From: Rickettsiales bacterium
Lineage (GTDB): Bacteria; Pseudomonadota; Alphaproteobacteria; Rickettsiales; UBA1997
Length of the DNA: 64,000 nucleotides
Direction: 5' to 3'
Assembly (NCBI GenBank): GCA_038123275.1
Contig: JAYORG010000001.1
Coordinates: 66,710-130,709 of the forward strand
Shown here: positions 9,571 to 21,681 of the stretch, piece by piece
How positions within the stretch are numbered: the stretch's first letter is position 1
Layout of the letters: the number at the start of each line of letters is the position of its first letter
Notes under the pieces: generated by a model
Told to the model about the DNA's origin: nothing
Database searches by the model: none
The model's input: only the letters and a program-made list of their open reading frames with translations
Made by a program: the position numbers and the translations under genes

Positions 9571-9608
9571 AAAAACCCTCTTATTCTTTGATAAGAGGGT
9601 TTTTTATT
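9571..9608 (+). terminator. Rho-independent terminator after rpmA
   Basis: aaaaaccctcttat / ataagagggttttt stem followed by a T-run. Confidence 0.7.
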
Positions 9609-9678
9609 ACCTAATATTCACTTTACTTGTAAAAAATCATAGGTGAGTTAGTTGGTAGCAAATTTAAATATTCAAATA

Positions 9679-10365
9679 ATGACCGGGTTAGTTTTACAGG
9701 ATATCAATAAATCTTTTATTCAAGGAAAGCAGTCCTTACAGGTTTTAAAAAACATTAATCTTCAGGTTAATAGAGGCCAGATAGCAGCTTTAATTGGCCC
9801 TTCTGGTTCTGGAAAAACTACATTATTACAAATTGCTGGTTTACTTGATAGCCCTGATAGTGGCAATGTTAATATCGATAGTCACCATTTATCAGTTGAT
9901 GATTTAAAATCTAATGACAAAGAAAGAACATTAGTTCGTAGAAATAATTTAGGTTTTGTTTATCAATCTCACAATTTATTACCTGAATTTAGTGCAATTG
10001 AGAATATTGCTATGCCATTACTTATTAAAGGAGTTAGTAAAATTGAAGCTTTTCAAAAAGCAGAATTAATTTTACATGATATTGATTTAGAAGATAGAAA
10101 AACCCACCGTCCAAGCGAGCTTTCTGGAGGGCAGCAACAAAGAGTGGCAGTAGGTAGGGCAATTGCTTGCCAACCTTCTATTTTACTTGCGGACGAACCA
10201 ACTGGTAATTTAGATTCTGACAATGCTAAAAATATTTTTGAATTATTGATAGAGTTAACCAGACAATATAAGATTGCTACACTCATTGTAACACATAATA
10301 TTGAGTTAGCCAAAAAAACTGATAAAATTATTAAAATTAAAGATGGAGTTATCAGTGGCAAATAG
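9679..10365 (+). CDS. lolD: Lipoprotein-releasing ABC transporter ATP-binding protein LolD-like
   Basis: Walker A GPSGSGKTT, signature LSGGQQQRV, Walker B ILLADEPT. The ATG at 9679 is preferred over the TTG at 9652 used in the track. Confidence 0.8.
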   Translation: MTGLVLQDINKSFIQGKQSLQVLKNINLQVNRGQIAALIGPSGSGKTTLLQIAGLLDSPDSGNVNIDSHHLSVDDLKSNDKERTLVRRNNLGFVYQSHNLLPEFSAIENIAMPLLIKGVSKIEAFQKAELILHDIDLEDRKTHRPSELSGGQQQRVAVGRAIACQPSILLADEPTGNLDSDNAKNIFELLIELTRQYKIATLIVTHNIELAKKTDKIIKIKDGVISGK

Positions 10366-11068
10366 AGTCGCTTTAATTACTGGATCAGCCAAAAGAATAG
10401 GTAGAGAAATTGCAATTAACCTAGCAAAAAAGAATATTGATATTGCCATTCATTACAATAAAAGCAAAATTCAAGCTGTAGAGTTACAATCAGAGATTAA
10501 GAAATTAGGTATTAGGGCGGAGATTTTTCAAGCTGACTTAAATCAAGATTGCTATGAAGAATTAATAAAAAATGTTTCTAAGATATTTCCTAATTTAGAT
10601 ATTTTAATTAACAATGCTTCAATCTTTGAAAAAACTTCTATATTAGATACTAATCAAGATCAGTTAGATCGTCATTTAAATATTAATTTTAAGGCACCAT
10701 TTTTTCTAACACAAAATTTTGCAAAAATACAAAAAAAAGGAGTAATTATTAATTTCTTGGATAGTAGAATTAGGAAAACTTCAAAGAATTATTTTTCTTA
10801 CTTACTAACCAAGAAAGTTTTAGATGATTTTACTCATATGTCAGCCATTGAACTTGGTCCTGATATTAGGGTTAATGGTATTGCTCCTGGTATTACTACA
10901 TTTTCTCTTGATATTGAGAACAAAGCTTATCTTGCTGAAATAGTGGACTCACTTCCTTTAAAGAAAATTGCTCAAATTGATGAAATTAACAAGGCAGTAG
11001 AAATTTTAATTAATAATGACTCATTAACAGGTCAAACTTTATTTATTGATGGAGGACAAAGTTTATGA
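10343..11068 (+). CDS. Short-chain dehydrogenase/reductase, FolM/pteridine-reductase-like
   Basis: ALITGSAKRIGREIA Rossmann motif and the NNAS motif. Overlaps and precedes folB. Confidence 0.7.
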   Translation: MELSVANRVALITGSAKRIGREIAINLAKKNIDIAIHYNKSKIQAVELQSEIKKLGIRAEIFQADLNQDCYEELIKNVSKIFPNLDILINNASIFEKTSILDTNQDQLDRHLNINFKAPFFLTQNFAKIQKKGVIINFLDSRIRKTSKNYFSYLLTKKVLDDFTHMSAIELGPDIRVNGIAPGITTFSLDIENKAYLAEIVDSLPLKKIAQIDEINKAVEILINNDSLTGQTLFIDGGQSL

Positions 11069-11436
11069 CACATATTGAAAAAGATATAAAAATTAATATT
11101 AAGGATATAAAAGTAAAAACTATTATTGGTGTTTTAGATGAAGAGCGGCAAAATGCTCAAACTTTATTTATTGATGTTAAAATTAAGTTTGATGCTTCTA
11201 AATCAATGAATAGTGACAATATAAAAGATACAATTGATTATTTTGAATTGACAAAATTAATTAAAAGTAAAGTTGAGAATTCTCATTTTGAATTATTAGA
11301 GAAATTATTAGATTTTGTCCTAAGGGCTATTATGAAAATAAATTTAGTAAAAGAAGCTAAAGTTACAATTCACAAGCCTGAGGCTCTAGAAAAATTTGGA
11401 GCTGTTGTTAGTGTTAGTAGTAAAGCAAAGAGATAA
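11065..11436 (+). CDS. folB: Dihydroneopterin aldolase
   Basis: IIGVLDEERQNAQTLFIDV..DTIDY...LLEKL pattern and ~120 aa length. Confidence 0.8.
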   Translation: MTHIEKDIKINIKDIKVKTIIGVLDEERQNAQTLFIDVKIKFDASKSMNSDNIKDTIDYFELTKLIKSKVENSHFELLEKLLDFVLRAIMKINLVKEAKVTIHKPEALEKFGAVVSVSSKAKR

Positions 11437-11449
11437 TTTTAAAAGAGCT

Positions 11450-12634
11450 TTAATTTTTATTAAAAAACTCTTTTATTCTTTTTACTGTTTCAACAGTTTT
11501 TTCTTTGTCATGAATTAAAGAAAATCTAACATATCCCTCACCATTGCTACCAAAGCTGCTTCCTGGTGATAATGCAACGCCAGATTGTTTTATTAGATTG
11601 TCACAAAATTCAAAAGAATTCATATGTTTAAATTGATCTGGAATTTTAGCCCATAAAAACATGGTAGCTTTTGGTAAATTAACCTCCCAATTTAATTCTT
11701 TCTTTAATTCTTTTGCTAAAAATTGAGCTCTTTTAAAATAAATTGATCTAATATTTATTAAATAATCATCACTTTTTTCACTCATAGCATCAATAGATAC
11801 AAGTTGCAAAGGCATAAATGAGCCATAATCAAGATATGATTTAATTTTTTTCAAAGCGGCAATTAATTTTTTATTTCCAGCAGCAAATCCAACCCGACAT
11901 CCTGCCATGGAATAGCTTTTGCTTGTAGAAGTAAACTCAATAGCTATTTCTTTAGCATTTTTTACTTCTAAAACTGAAGGTGGTTTATTTTCTTCGCTAT
12001 AGTAAATTTCACAATAAGCAAGATCAGATATTATGTAAATTTGATGTCTAATGCAAAAATCGACTAATTGTTCATAAAAATCTAATCCAACTATGTCTGT
12101 TGTTGGGTTACAAGGGAAATTAACAATGACAGCTATTGGTTTTTCTCTTGAAGTTTCTACATGTTTTTTAAAATTTTCAAAAAATTGTTGTGGGTTTGGG
12201 TTATTTATGCTGACTGTTTTACTTTTAGCAATAATAAAGGCAAAAGTATGAATTGGATAGCTTGGGTTTGGTACAGCAATATGATTAGTATGATCACTAA
12301 TAGCAGTTGCTAAGCTAGTTAAACCTTCTTTGGCGCCAATTGTAACTAAGCTTTGTGTTTTATAGTCTAATTCAACATGGAATCTTCTTAAATAATAGTC
12401 ACAAAGCCCTTTTTTAAGTCTTTCCATGCCACCACTTACTGAATATCCATATAAGCTTGGATCTTTTGATAATTCTGTTAATTTTTCTATTACGTGATCT
12501 GGTGGTGGTAAGTCTGGATTTCCCATGCCATAATCAATAATGTCTAAACCTCTATTTTTAGCATCAATTTTTAATTGATCAATTTCAGCAAAAATATAAG
12601 CAGGTAATATATTGGTTAAATGAAACTCACTCAT
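11450..12634 (-). CDS. PLP-dependent class I aminotransferase, AlaC(YfdZ)-like
   Basis: Close by-eye match to E. coli AlaC along its length (DIIDYGMGNPD, VPNPSYPIH, SKSYSMAGCRVGF). Confidence 0.8.
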   Translation of the reverse strand: MSEFHLTNILPAYIFAEIDQLKIDAKNRGLDIIDYGMGNPDLPPPDHVIEKLTELSKDPSLYGYSVSGGMERLKKGLCDYYLRRFHVELDYKTQSLVTIGAKEGLTSLATAISDHTNHIAVPNPSYPIHTFAFIIAKSKTVSINNPNPQQFFENFKKHVETSREKPIAVIVNFPCNPTTDIVGLDFYEQLVDFCIRHQIYIISDLAYCEIYYSEENKPPSVLEVKNAKEIAIEFTSTSKSYSMAGCRVGFAAGNKKLIAALKKIKSYLDYGSFMPLQLVSIDAMSEKSDDYLINIRSIYFKRAQFLAKELKKELNWEVNLPKATMFLWAKIPDQFKHMNSFEFCDNLIKQSGVALSPGSSFGSNGEGYVRFSLIHDKEKTVETVKRIKEFFNKN

Positions 12635-14460
12635 TATTTTACGGCTTTAATATTTTGATCTTGTGAATCTTCTAATATTTCCTTAGCTTTTTGGCTAAGT
12701 TGTATGTTAAGTTCTTTTAATTGTTTTGCATCTACATTTGCTGGAGCATCCATCATTAAATCTTGAGCTTTGCCATTCATAGGAAAAGGTGTAACTTCAC
12801 GTATATTTGGCTCATCTTGGAGAAGCATAATAATACGATCAATTCCAGGAGCAATTCCACCATGAGGGGGGGCACCATAAGCAAAAGCATTTAACATTGC
12901 ACCAAATTCTTCTTCAACCACTTTTTTATCATAACCAGCAATTTTAAAGGCTTTATACATAATTTCTGGCTGGTGATTTCTAATAGCACCACTTGATAAT
13001 TCTACGCCATTACAAACAATATCATATTGGAAAGCTTTAATATCTAGAGGGTCTTTATTATTTAAGTCGTCAATTCCACCTTGTGGCATTGAAAATGGAT
13101 TATGAGAGAAATCTATTTTATTGGTTTCTTCGTCTATTTCATACATAGGGAAGTCTACAACCCAGCAAAATTTATAAATATTTTGGTCAATTAACTCTAA
13201 ATCATTTCCAAGCTTATCACGTACCAACCCAGCAATTTTTGCAGCTTCTTTCTTACTTCCACAAGAGAAGAAAACAGCATCACCATTATTTAAATTAGCA
13301 CTTTTTTTCAATTTATCTAAGCGATCTTGATCTAATAATTTAGCAATTGGTCCTTTAGCAACCCCTTGTTCATCAAAAATAATGTAAGCCAAGCCTTTGG
13401 CACCATTATTTTGAGCAAATTCTATGGTTTTATCATAAAAAGAGCGTGCTTTATCATGGCATTTTGGAGTTGGAATTGCTCTAATTACAGCGCCTTTTTT
13501 AATGGCGCCAGCAAATATACCAAACCCTGATGACTCAAAAATTTCAGTGCCATCTGATATTTCTATTGGGTTTCTTAAATCTGGTTTGTCGTTACCGTAT
13601 TTAAGCATAGCAGTTTCATAATCAATTTGAGGAAAATCTTCTTTTGCTATTTTTTTAGTGCCAAATTTATCAAAAATATCTTTTAAAAGTGGTTCAATTA
13701 CTTCAAAAATTTCTTCTTGAGTTACAAATGACATTTCCATGTCTAGCTGGTAAAATTCTGGTGCGCGATCAGCTCTTAAATCTTCATCTCTAAAACAAGG
13801 GGCAATTTGAAAATATTTATCAAACCCAGAAACCATTAATAATTGTTTAAATTGTTGTGGCGCTTGAGGTAGAGCATAAAATTTGCCAGCATGTAAGCGG
13901 CTAGGAACTAAATAGTCACGAGCTCCTTCAGGAGAAGATGCTGTAAGAATTGGAGTTTGGATTTCTAAGAATCCTTTTTTCACCATTTCTTGTCTGATAA
14001 AGCTGATAACTTCGCTTCTAAGTATGATATTTTTATGAGATTTTTCGCGTCTAAGATCTAAAAAACGATATTTTAATCTTAAATCTTCCGGATAATTTTC
14101 GTGTGAATCACTAACCTGAAAAGGAATTTGTTTTGCAGCTGATTCAATTAATAGTTCTTCAATTTTAACTTCTATTTCTCCAGTTGAAATATTTTTATTA
14201 ATTAATTCATCTTCTCTTTTTAAAACACTACCTTGTATTGTAATAACGGATTCAAGTTTGATATGAGAAATTTCATCTAAGTTAAGAGAGGTATTTTCTT
14301 CATCAATTACTAGCTGGGTAATGCCAAAATGATCTCTTAAATCAATAAAAATTAATCCACCATGGTCTCTCTTAGAGTGTACCCATCCAGATAATTTTAC
14401 TTTATTGTTAACATTTTTTTTATTTAATTGCCCACAATTATGGGTTCTGTATTTGTACAT
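12634..14460 (-). CDS. aspS: Aspartyl-tRNA synthetase
   Basis: [31 protein letters not shown] and GGIAPGIDR motifs. Confidence 0.95.
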   Translation of the reverse strand: MYKYRTHNCGQLNKKNVNNKVKLSGWVHSKRDHGGLIFIDLRDHFGITQLVIDEENTSLNLDEISHIKLESVITIQGSVLKREDELINKNISTGEIEVKIEELLIESAAKQIPFQVSDSHENYPEDLRLKYRFLDLRREKSHKNIILRSEVISFIRQEMVKKGFLEIQTPILTASSPEGARDYLVPSRLHAGKFYALPQAPQQFKQLLMVSGFDKYFQIAPCFRDEDLRADRAPEFYQLDMEMSFVTQEEIFEVIEPLLKDIFDKFGTKKIAKEDFPQIDYETAMLKYGNDKPDLRNPIEISDGTEIFESSGFGIFAGAIKKGAVIRAIPTPKCHDKARSFYDKTIEFAQNNGAKGLAYIIFDEQGVAKGPIAKLLDQDRLDKLKKSANLNNGDAVFFSCGSKKEAAKIAGLVRDKLGNDLELIDQNIYKFCWVVDFPMYEIDEETNKIDFSHNPFSMPQGGIDDLNNKDPLDIKAFQYDIVCNGVELSSGAIRNHQPEIMYKAFKIAGYDKKVVEEEFGAMLNAFAYGAPPHGGIAPGIDRIIMLLQDEPNIREVTPFPMNGKAQDLMMDAPANVDAKQLKELNIQLSQKAKEILEDSQDQNIKAVK

Positions 14461-14481
14461 TTGTTGGTTTAAGGTAGTTGG

Positions 14482-14781
14482 TTAATAAACATCATAAGAG
14501 TTGGTGCCAGAGTAATACATTCTATTACCACAAATATTAAATTTAGAATATTTCATTAAGAATAACTCTAATGCTCTGGGTTCTTTTAAGCATAGAAGAT
14601 AACATAGGCCATGAATAACAGGCATCATTACCAAAAGATATACAAATTGCTCAGTAATAATAAAAACAAGCAATGAAACCAAGCCATTTATTGAAGCAAA
14701 ATTATAGGTAACACCAAACATCATTGGTGGACGAGTTAAGCCTAAAAATAGTGAATCACTGGATATTTTTCCATCAGCCAT
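14482..14781 (-). CDS. virB3: Type IV secretion system protein VirB3
   Basis: LFLGLTRPPMMFGVTYNF followed by two TM helices; 99 aa. Confidence 0.8.
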   Translation of the reverse strand: MADGKISSDSLFLGLTRPPMMFGVTYNFASINGLVSLLVFIITEQFVYLLVMMPVIHGLCYLLCLKEPRALELFLMKYSKFNICGNRMYYSGTNSYDVY

Positions 14782-14804
14782 TTTTAATAAAAATCTATTT
14801 TAAA

Positions 14805-14833
14805 TTGACAATTTGTTACATTCAAATTATATA
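14805..14833 (+). promoter_or_regulatory. Candidate sigma70 promoter for the aspartate aminotransferase gene
   Basis: TTGACA, a 17-nt spacer, then TATATA(AT). Confidence 0.45.
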
Positions 14834-14919
14834 ATGGTTACGCTTAAAAGTCAATCTATAAAAGACTGCCTGCATATCTAATTGTCACTTTAAAATGATA
14901 ATTAATAATAAGTTTATAA

Positions 14920-16176
<1,257 letters not shown>

Positions 16177-16191
16177 TTTCAATTATCTACA

Positions 16192-16971
16192 ATGTTATTA
16201 GCAATAGATATTGGTAACAGTAATATAACCTTTGGTTTATTTGAGGGTAATAACTTAACTAATCAATATCGTATTGTTAGTGATTTGAGTAAAGATCATG
16301 AATCATACGCTCTTGATATTGTAGAGTTGCTCTTAAATGACAATATTGACTGCCTTAAAATTACAGATGTTATTATTGCTTCTGTTTCACCCAATTTAAC
16401 AAAAATTATTAAATTAGCTCTGCTAAAATTTTATCAAAATAAAATTTTAGTTATTGGTGAAAATGGTTTTAATATTGATATTAATATTAATTTAAAAAAT
16501 AAGGAAGAAGTTGGAATAGATCGTTTAGTTAATGCAAAGGCTGCTTATAAGAAATATGGTGGTAATTTAATAGTTATTGATTTTGGCACGGCAACAACTT
16601 TTGATATAGTTGGCAATAAAGGAGAATATCTAGGTGGAGTTATTGCGCCGGGAGTTAATTTATCCATAAAAGCCTTACATGATATGACAGCAAAATTGCC
16701 AAATATTAAGGTTAGATATCAAAAAAATGTTATTGGCAAATCAACCAAAGAGGCTATGAATTCTGGAATTTATTTTGGTTATATTAGTCTAATTGAAGGT
16801 TTAATTAAAAGAATCAAGAAAGAACATAAAAATAAAATGAAGGTTATTGTTACAGGTGGCTTATCAATATTATTTAGTGATGCAATTAAAGAGATAGATC
16901 ATGTGGAGTCTGACTTGATATTGAATGGATTAAATTTAGTATTTATTAACAATAATCTATTGCAAAGTTAA
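16192..16971 (+). CDS. coaX: Type III pantothenate kinase
   Basis: MLLAIDIGNSNITFGLF, DFGTATTFD and GIDRL motifs. Confidence 0.9.
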   Translation: MLLAIDIGNSNITFGLFEGNNLTNQYRIVSDLSKDHESYALDIVELLLNDNIDCLKITDVIIASVSPNLTKIIKLALLKFYQNKILVIGENGFNIDININLKNKEEVGIDRLVNAKAAYKKYGGNLIVIDFGTATTFDIVGNKGEYLGGVIAPGVNLSIKALHDMTAKLPNIKVRYQKNVIGKSTKEAMNSGIYFGYISLIEGLIKRIKKEHKNKMKVIVTGGLSILFSDAIKEIDHVESDLILNGLNLVFINNNLLQS

Positions 16972-17127
16972 TATTACTATGTAATGTTATGTTAAATTAT
17001 TGTAACTTACAAAAAAGGTAAACTAAAAGCTAAATTTAGTAGTTATAAATGGATAATTATGCTGTATTAGTATTAATTAGTTGCCTTTATGTAAGCACCA
17101 TTACATTTTAAGATAAATATTTTCTTT

Positions 17128-18054
17128 ATGCAAAAGTCGCTATTATTTATATTCATTTTTAATCTGGCATTTTGGCATAATAATTTTGCTGCTCATAGCT
17201 ACACAGATGTAGATTCTTTAAGTTCTGATATCGATTCTCTTTCTTCGTTTACAAGTTCTATGATTACCACATTAGAGGGCTATGATGTAAATGTTAGTAG
17301 TGACTTAACGGCTGCAACTACTATTACTACTGATCTTGCAGATTTTGCTAGTAATGGGGCAACATTTACAGATATAGATCTTAATAATTTACCAGCTAGT
17401 TTAGAAGGAACCGTTCTTGATAGCACTTCATCTTTTGGTAGTGAAATAGCTACCTTGGTAGGTGATTATTCTGATGTTGACACTTTAGTTAATGATAGTG
17501 ACCTTAATGATAATAATCACTTAATTGATGGTTTGGTTTCTACTTTAGGTGATAGTTTAAATTTAATTTCTTCTTGGCAATCAGATATTGCTGTTGCTCA
17601 AACTTATCTTATTTCTATCTTACCAATAACAGATGTTCCTGACATTGATATAGCTATTGATAATGTTGATATAATTACGGATTTACCAGATATTGCCAGT
17701 GAAGATGTTTTGCAGATAGAGTCGGATATACAAGAGGTTGCTAGTATTGATGATGCTATTAACGTAGAGGGTGATTTTATGGATGTTGATTCTTCATTGG
17801 CACTTAATAGTGAGTCTGGTGATTTAGTAGTTAATGATTTAGAAGATGATGGTATTGTCATGGATTACGAAATTAACCCTGACTCTAATAGTATAAGTGC
17901 AGATAATTTTAAAACAGAAAAATTTTCAATGAATAATGTAGAATCTGGGAATTTTGATAGTTCTCCTGTTCAATTAAGGAGTGTTAACATGCAAATAGGA
18001 GGTGTTAAAAATCAGTTCAGATCTTATGTTGAGAATAGATTGAAGGCTTGGTAA
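17128..18054 (+). CDS. Secreted, extremely acidic D/S/T-rich protein of unknown function
   Basis: Signal-like N-terminus with no lipobox Cys, and degenerate repeats (DVDSLSSDIDSLSS, DVPDIDIAIDNVDIITDLPDIASEDV). Its stop overlaps the next start (TAATG). Confidence 0.65.
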   Translation: MQKSLLFIFIFNLAFWHNNFAAHSYTDVDSLSSDIDSLSSFTSSMITTLEGYDVNVSSDLTAATTITTDLADFASNGATFTDIDLNNLPASLEGTVLDSTSSFGSEIATLVGDYSDVDTLVNDSDLNDNNHLIDGLVSTLGDSLNLISSWQSDIAVAQTYLISILPITDVPDIDIAIDNVDIITDLPDIASEDVLQIESDIQEVASIDDAINVEGDFMDVDSSLALNSESGDLVVNDLEDDGIVMDYEINPDSNSISADNFKTEKFSMNNVESGNFDSSPVQLRSVNMQIGGVKNQFRSYVENRLKAW

Positions 18055-19850
18055 TGAGTAAGTATTTTATCTTTATATTTCTGGTTATTTTTTCTTTATC
18101 CTCTAATAAGATTTATGCTAATGATGATTCTCAATCATTTATATTTAAAAGCGGTAGAGATTTGGTAGAAGGCTCTTCAGGAGAAATAGAGATTATAACG
18201 CAAAAATACCAAGATCATGACAGACTTATCTTTGATGTAACTGATGTTAGCGCTACATTCAAATCTTTTGCTAGCAATGACACTAATCTATTAATCATAG
18301 AAATAAATAATACTAATATTGACAATATTGATGATTTAGAATCATTCAATAATGACCTTATATCTAGTGTTAGCTATAAATCTGGATTAAAATCAGGTGT
18401 AATTTTATTTCTTAAGATGAAGAAATCATTTAAGATTAAAAAGTCTTTATATTTTATTCCTTTGGATAAATATGTTAAAAGATTTGTAGTTGATATTAAG
18501 GTTGATGATATTAAAGAAAGTGACAATCTTACTTATAAGCCGCAAATACTAACTTCCAAACAACAGCTTGGATATAAATATTTCTTTGCCAAAGATTATC
18601 ACGAATCTTACAAATATTTTATGCAAGATTATTTGGATAAAGAAAAAGAAGGTCTAAATAATGTTGAAAATATAATGAATTTAGGTGATGTATCATTTGA
18701 ATTAAAAGAATATTATGATGCCATCTATTATTACAATAAATTATTAGAAGAAAGACCTGATGCTAACAGGATTAGATTGAAATTAGCACAATCCTTGTTA
18801 TTTGTTAATGATAGTAAGAGGGCACAAAGGCATATTAATTATTTAATAAAATCAAAGCCACCAAAGAAAATTAGAAATGGTTTGGATTCTTTATTAAAAA
18901 AACTTAAAAATCATAAAGATTGGAAAGGAACAGTTGCTTTGGGGTATACATTTAATGATAATATTACTGGAATATCTGCTTCTGATTCAGTTAGTTATAC
19001 TAGGTCTGATACAGGTTTAACAGGGGTATTTAACCCTTATGAGCTTGGAATTGGCAAAAAAGAAGATCATGGTATAATTACTGCTGCTTCTTTGGATTAT
19101 AACCCTGTAATTAATGAAGATTTTCGTTTTGAAAATAAAATATTATTTAGCAATATAGATTATTCTAGTGAAAATGAATATTCTAGTAGAGATCTTTTGT
19201 TAAAGGTATCTCCAGTTTATTCAAAATATATTTCCAACAAAATGCTTACCCTTTCAACTCCTTTGATACTTAGTAAAACAAGGTTAGACTATAATCCATA
19301 TCGTGATTCTTATTCTTTAGGGTTAGCAGCTAGTTTAGCTATGAATAGCAAACTTAAACTTACATTCAAATATGATCAAACTCATAGTATTTATCAAAAA
19401 TCTGACGATAAGGGGTTAAATAATATTTCTGATAAATATTCTAGTTCTGCTTTATATAGGATATTTGATGATGGTGATGTAATTTCTAAGTTATTTTTAA
19501 TAATGACTTATAAAATGGAAGATAATGGCAATAGAAGAGATAATGCAGCCTTAAGTTTTGATTCTGATTCTATAATAGCAACTTTATATGCCATCGTTAA
19601 TAAGAAGGTTAAATATTATCTATCAATATCTAAAACTGATAAGCAATATTCTGGTAATTATTCTTGGAATTCTTATGCTCGAGAAGATGATTCAACAAAA
19701 ATGATTAATGGTTTAATTTATAGTTTCAAATATGATGATAAAGATTTTGATTTAAGTATTAATCATCGATATGTACAAAATGATTCTAACATGGAGTTAT
19801 TTAAATATGATGCCAATTTATTTACTATAAAATTATCTCACGATTTTTAG
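18054..19850 (+). CDS. Outer-membrane protein: AMIN-like domain + TPR + C-terminal beta-barrel (Slam/DUF560-like)
   Basis: Signal peptide. AMIN-like segment (RLIFDVTDVSATFKSF..LLIIEINNT..RFVVDIKV). TPR-like region (YKYFFAKDYHESYKYFMQ..YYDAIYYYNKLLEERPD). Then alternating beta-strand sequence starting WKGTVALGYTFNDNI and ending SNMELFKYDANLFTIKLSHDF. ATG at 18054 is preferred to TTG at 18048. Confidence 0.75.
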   Translation: MSKYFIFIFLVIFSLSSNKIYANDDSQSFIFKSGRDLVEGSSGEIEIITQKYQDHDRLIFDVTDVSATFKSFASNDTNLLIIEINNTNIDNIDDLESFNNDLISSVSYKSGLKSGVILFLKMKKSFKIKKSLYFIPLDKYVKRFVVDIKVDDIKESDNLTYKPQILTSKQQLGYKYFFAKDYHESYKYFMQDYLDKEKEGLNNVENIMNLGDVSFELKEYYDAIYYYNKLLEERPDANRIRLKLAQSLLFVNDSKRAQRHINYLIKSKPPKKIRNGLDSLLKKLKNHKDWKGTVALGYTFNDNITGISASDSVSYTRSDTGLTGVFNPYELGIGKKEDHGIITAASLDYNPVINEDFRFENKILFSNIDYSSENEYSSRDLLLKVSPVYSKYISNKMLTLSTPLILSKTRLDYNPYRDSYSLGLAASLAMNSKLKLTFKYDQTHSIYQKSDDKGLNNISDKYSSSALYRIFDDGDVISKLFLIMTYKMEDNGNRRDNAALSFDSDSIIATLYAIVNKKVKYYLSISKTDKQYSGNYSWNSYAREDDSTKMINGLIYSFKYDDKDFDLSINHRYVQNDSNMELFKYDANLFTIKLSHDF

Positions 19851-19942
19851 ACGCTATTAACAAATAGCTAAAGATCTTTGACATTTTATCCTTTTATTCT
19901 ACACTATCTTTTTCATAAATTTTCCAATTAAAATTATTGTCA

Positions 19943-21673
19943 ATGGACATCAATCTAAAAAAGCATAAAGAAGACCTATTATTTGCGCCCTTAGGAGGTG
20001 CAAGTGAAATTGGCATGAATGTAAATCTGTATCATTTAGATGGCAAGTGGTTAATGATTGATCTAGGTCTTGGCTTTGCTAATGGCGTGCCAGGAATTGA
20101 TATGTTAGCTCCCGATATTTCCTTTATTAAAGCACAAAAGAAAAATCTAGTTGGCCTTGTAATAACCCACATTCATGAAGATCATTTAGGATCAGTTCAA
20201 TATTTATGGGAAGAGTTGGAAGTTCCAATTTATACATCAAAATTAACGGCTAATTTTTTGCGTGCCAAGTTAGAAGAATATCCATTTGCTCGCAATGTTA
20301 AAATAAATGAAATTAACCCAGATAAAGAGTTAGAATTAGGGCCTTTTAAAATGAAGTTTATTGGCCTAACTCACTCTGTTCCAGAAATGAATGCTCTTTT
20401 AATTAAGACAAGACATGGTAATGTATTTCATAGTGGTGACTGGAAGTTTGATGATAATCCGGTTGTTGGCAAGGTATCAGAAAAAGAAAAAATTAAATCT
20501 TATGGTGATAAAGGTGAAGTTTTAGCATTAGTTTGTGACTCAACTAATTCTATGAGCCCTGGAAGATCAAAGTCAGAAGGAGATTTACATAAAAGTCTAA
20601 AAGAGTTGATTATTAAAGAAAAACAAAAAGTTGCAGTAACAACTTTTGCTTCTAATTTAGCTAGAATACAAACTATTAGCCAAGTAGCAGCCGAGTGTGG
20701 TAGAAAAGTAATATTAGCTGGTTTTTCTCTTAGACGATTAATGGAAGTTGGTAAAAAATCAGGTTATTTTAAAGATCTTCCAGATTTTATTTCCGACAAA
20801 GAAATCAGCCTTTATAAACCTCATGAAATTTTAGTTATTTCAACTGGTTGCCAAGGTGAAGAGTTAGCTTCAACTATGAAACTTGCTACTGATAATCATC
20901 GTTTTATTAAATTTGGTGAGGGTGATACGGTTATTTTCTCTTCTAAAATTATTCCAGGAAATGAGAAAAGCATCTTTAACTTATTTAATCTTTTTGCTAA
21001 AAAAAGAGTTAATATTCTTACAGAAAAGGATCATTTTGTTCATGTTTCAGGACATCCTAATCAAGATGAATTAAAGGAAATGTATGAATTAGCACAACCA
21101 AAAATTGCTATTCCTGTTCATGGTGAATTTGTTCATATTAGGCAGCATTGTGAAATAGCTAGAGAAGCTGGCACTAAAAAGGTAGTAGAAGTATCTAACG
21201 GAGCTGTTGTTTGCTTAAATGAAAAAGACAGTAAAATAGTTGGTTTTGTACCAACTGGATATTTTGGTGTTGATGGTAAACAATTAGTGCCAATTAATGG
21301 TGATATAGTTAAAGCAAGACGCAAACTTTCCTATGCTGGAGTTGTTACGGTTTGTGTGACTGTTAATAAACAAGGTACATTATTAGATCCAATAGAGGTT
21401 TTATCTTTAGGTGCTTACGACTTTAAAGCTGATGATTTAGCCCTTGAAATGCTAGAAAGAGAGCTTGAAAGGCTAGTTAAATCTACTGCTAAAGATATGG
21501 GTTTAGATAAAAAACAAGGTAAGTTTTTTGGTAAGAAGGGTAATAAGAAGATGGCGTCCAAAGATAAAATTTCCCACACCATGGATAAAAATATCAGAAC
21601 CACTCTCAATAAATTTTTTAGAGATCTTTTGGGTAAAAAGCCAGTATTACAAGTTATTGTCAAAGTGGTTTAG
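19943..21673 (+). CDS. rnj: Ribonuclease J
   Basis: Metallo-beta-lactamase ITHIHEDHLG motif, beta-CASP region and ~575 aa length. ATG at 19943 is preferred to TTG at 19937. Confidence 0.9.
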   Translation: MDINLKKHKEDLLFAPLGGASEIGMNVNLYHLDGKWLMIDLGLGFANGVPGIDMLAPDISFIKAQKKNLVGLVITHIHEDHLGSVQYLWEELEVPIYTSKLTANFLRAKLEEYPFARNVKINEINPDKELELGPFKMKFIGLTHSVPEMNALLIKTRHGNVFHSGDWKFDDNPVVGKVSEKEKIKSYGDKGEVLALVCDSTNSMSPGRSKSEGDLHKSLKELIIKEKQKVAVTTFASNLARIQTISQVAAECGRKVILAGFSLRRLMEVGKKSGYFKDLPDFISDKEISLYKPHEILVISTGCQGEELASTMKLATDNHRFIKFGEGDTVIFSSKIIPGNEKSIFNLFNLFAKKRVNILTEKDHFVHVSGHPNQDELKEMYELAQPKIAIPVHGEFVHIRQHCEIAREAGTKKVVEVSNGAVVCLNEKDSKIVGFVPTGYFGVDGKQLVPINGDIVKARRKLSYAGVVTVCVTVNKQGTLLDPIEVLSLGAYDFKADDLALEMLERELERLVKSTAKDMGLDKKQGKFFGKKGNKKMASKDKISHTMDKNIRTTLNKFFRDLLGKKPVLQVIVKVV

Positions 21674-21681
21674 TAATTATT

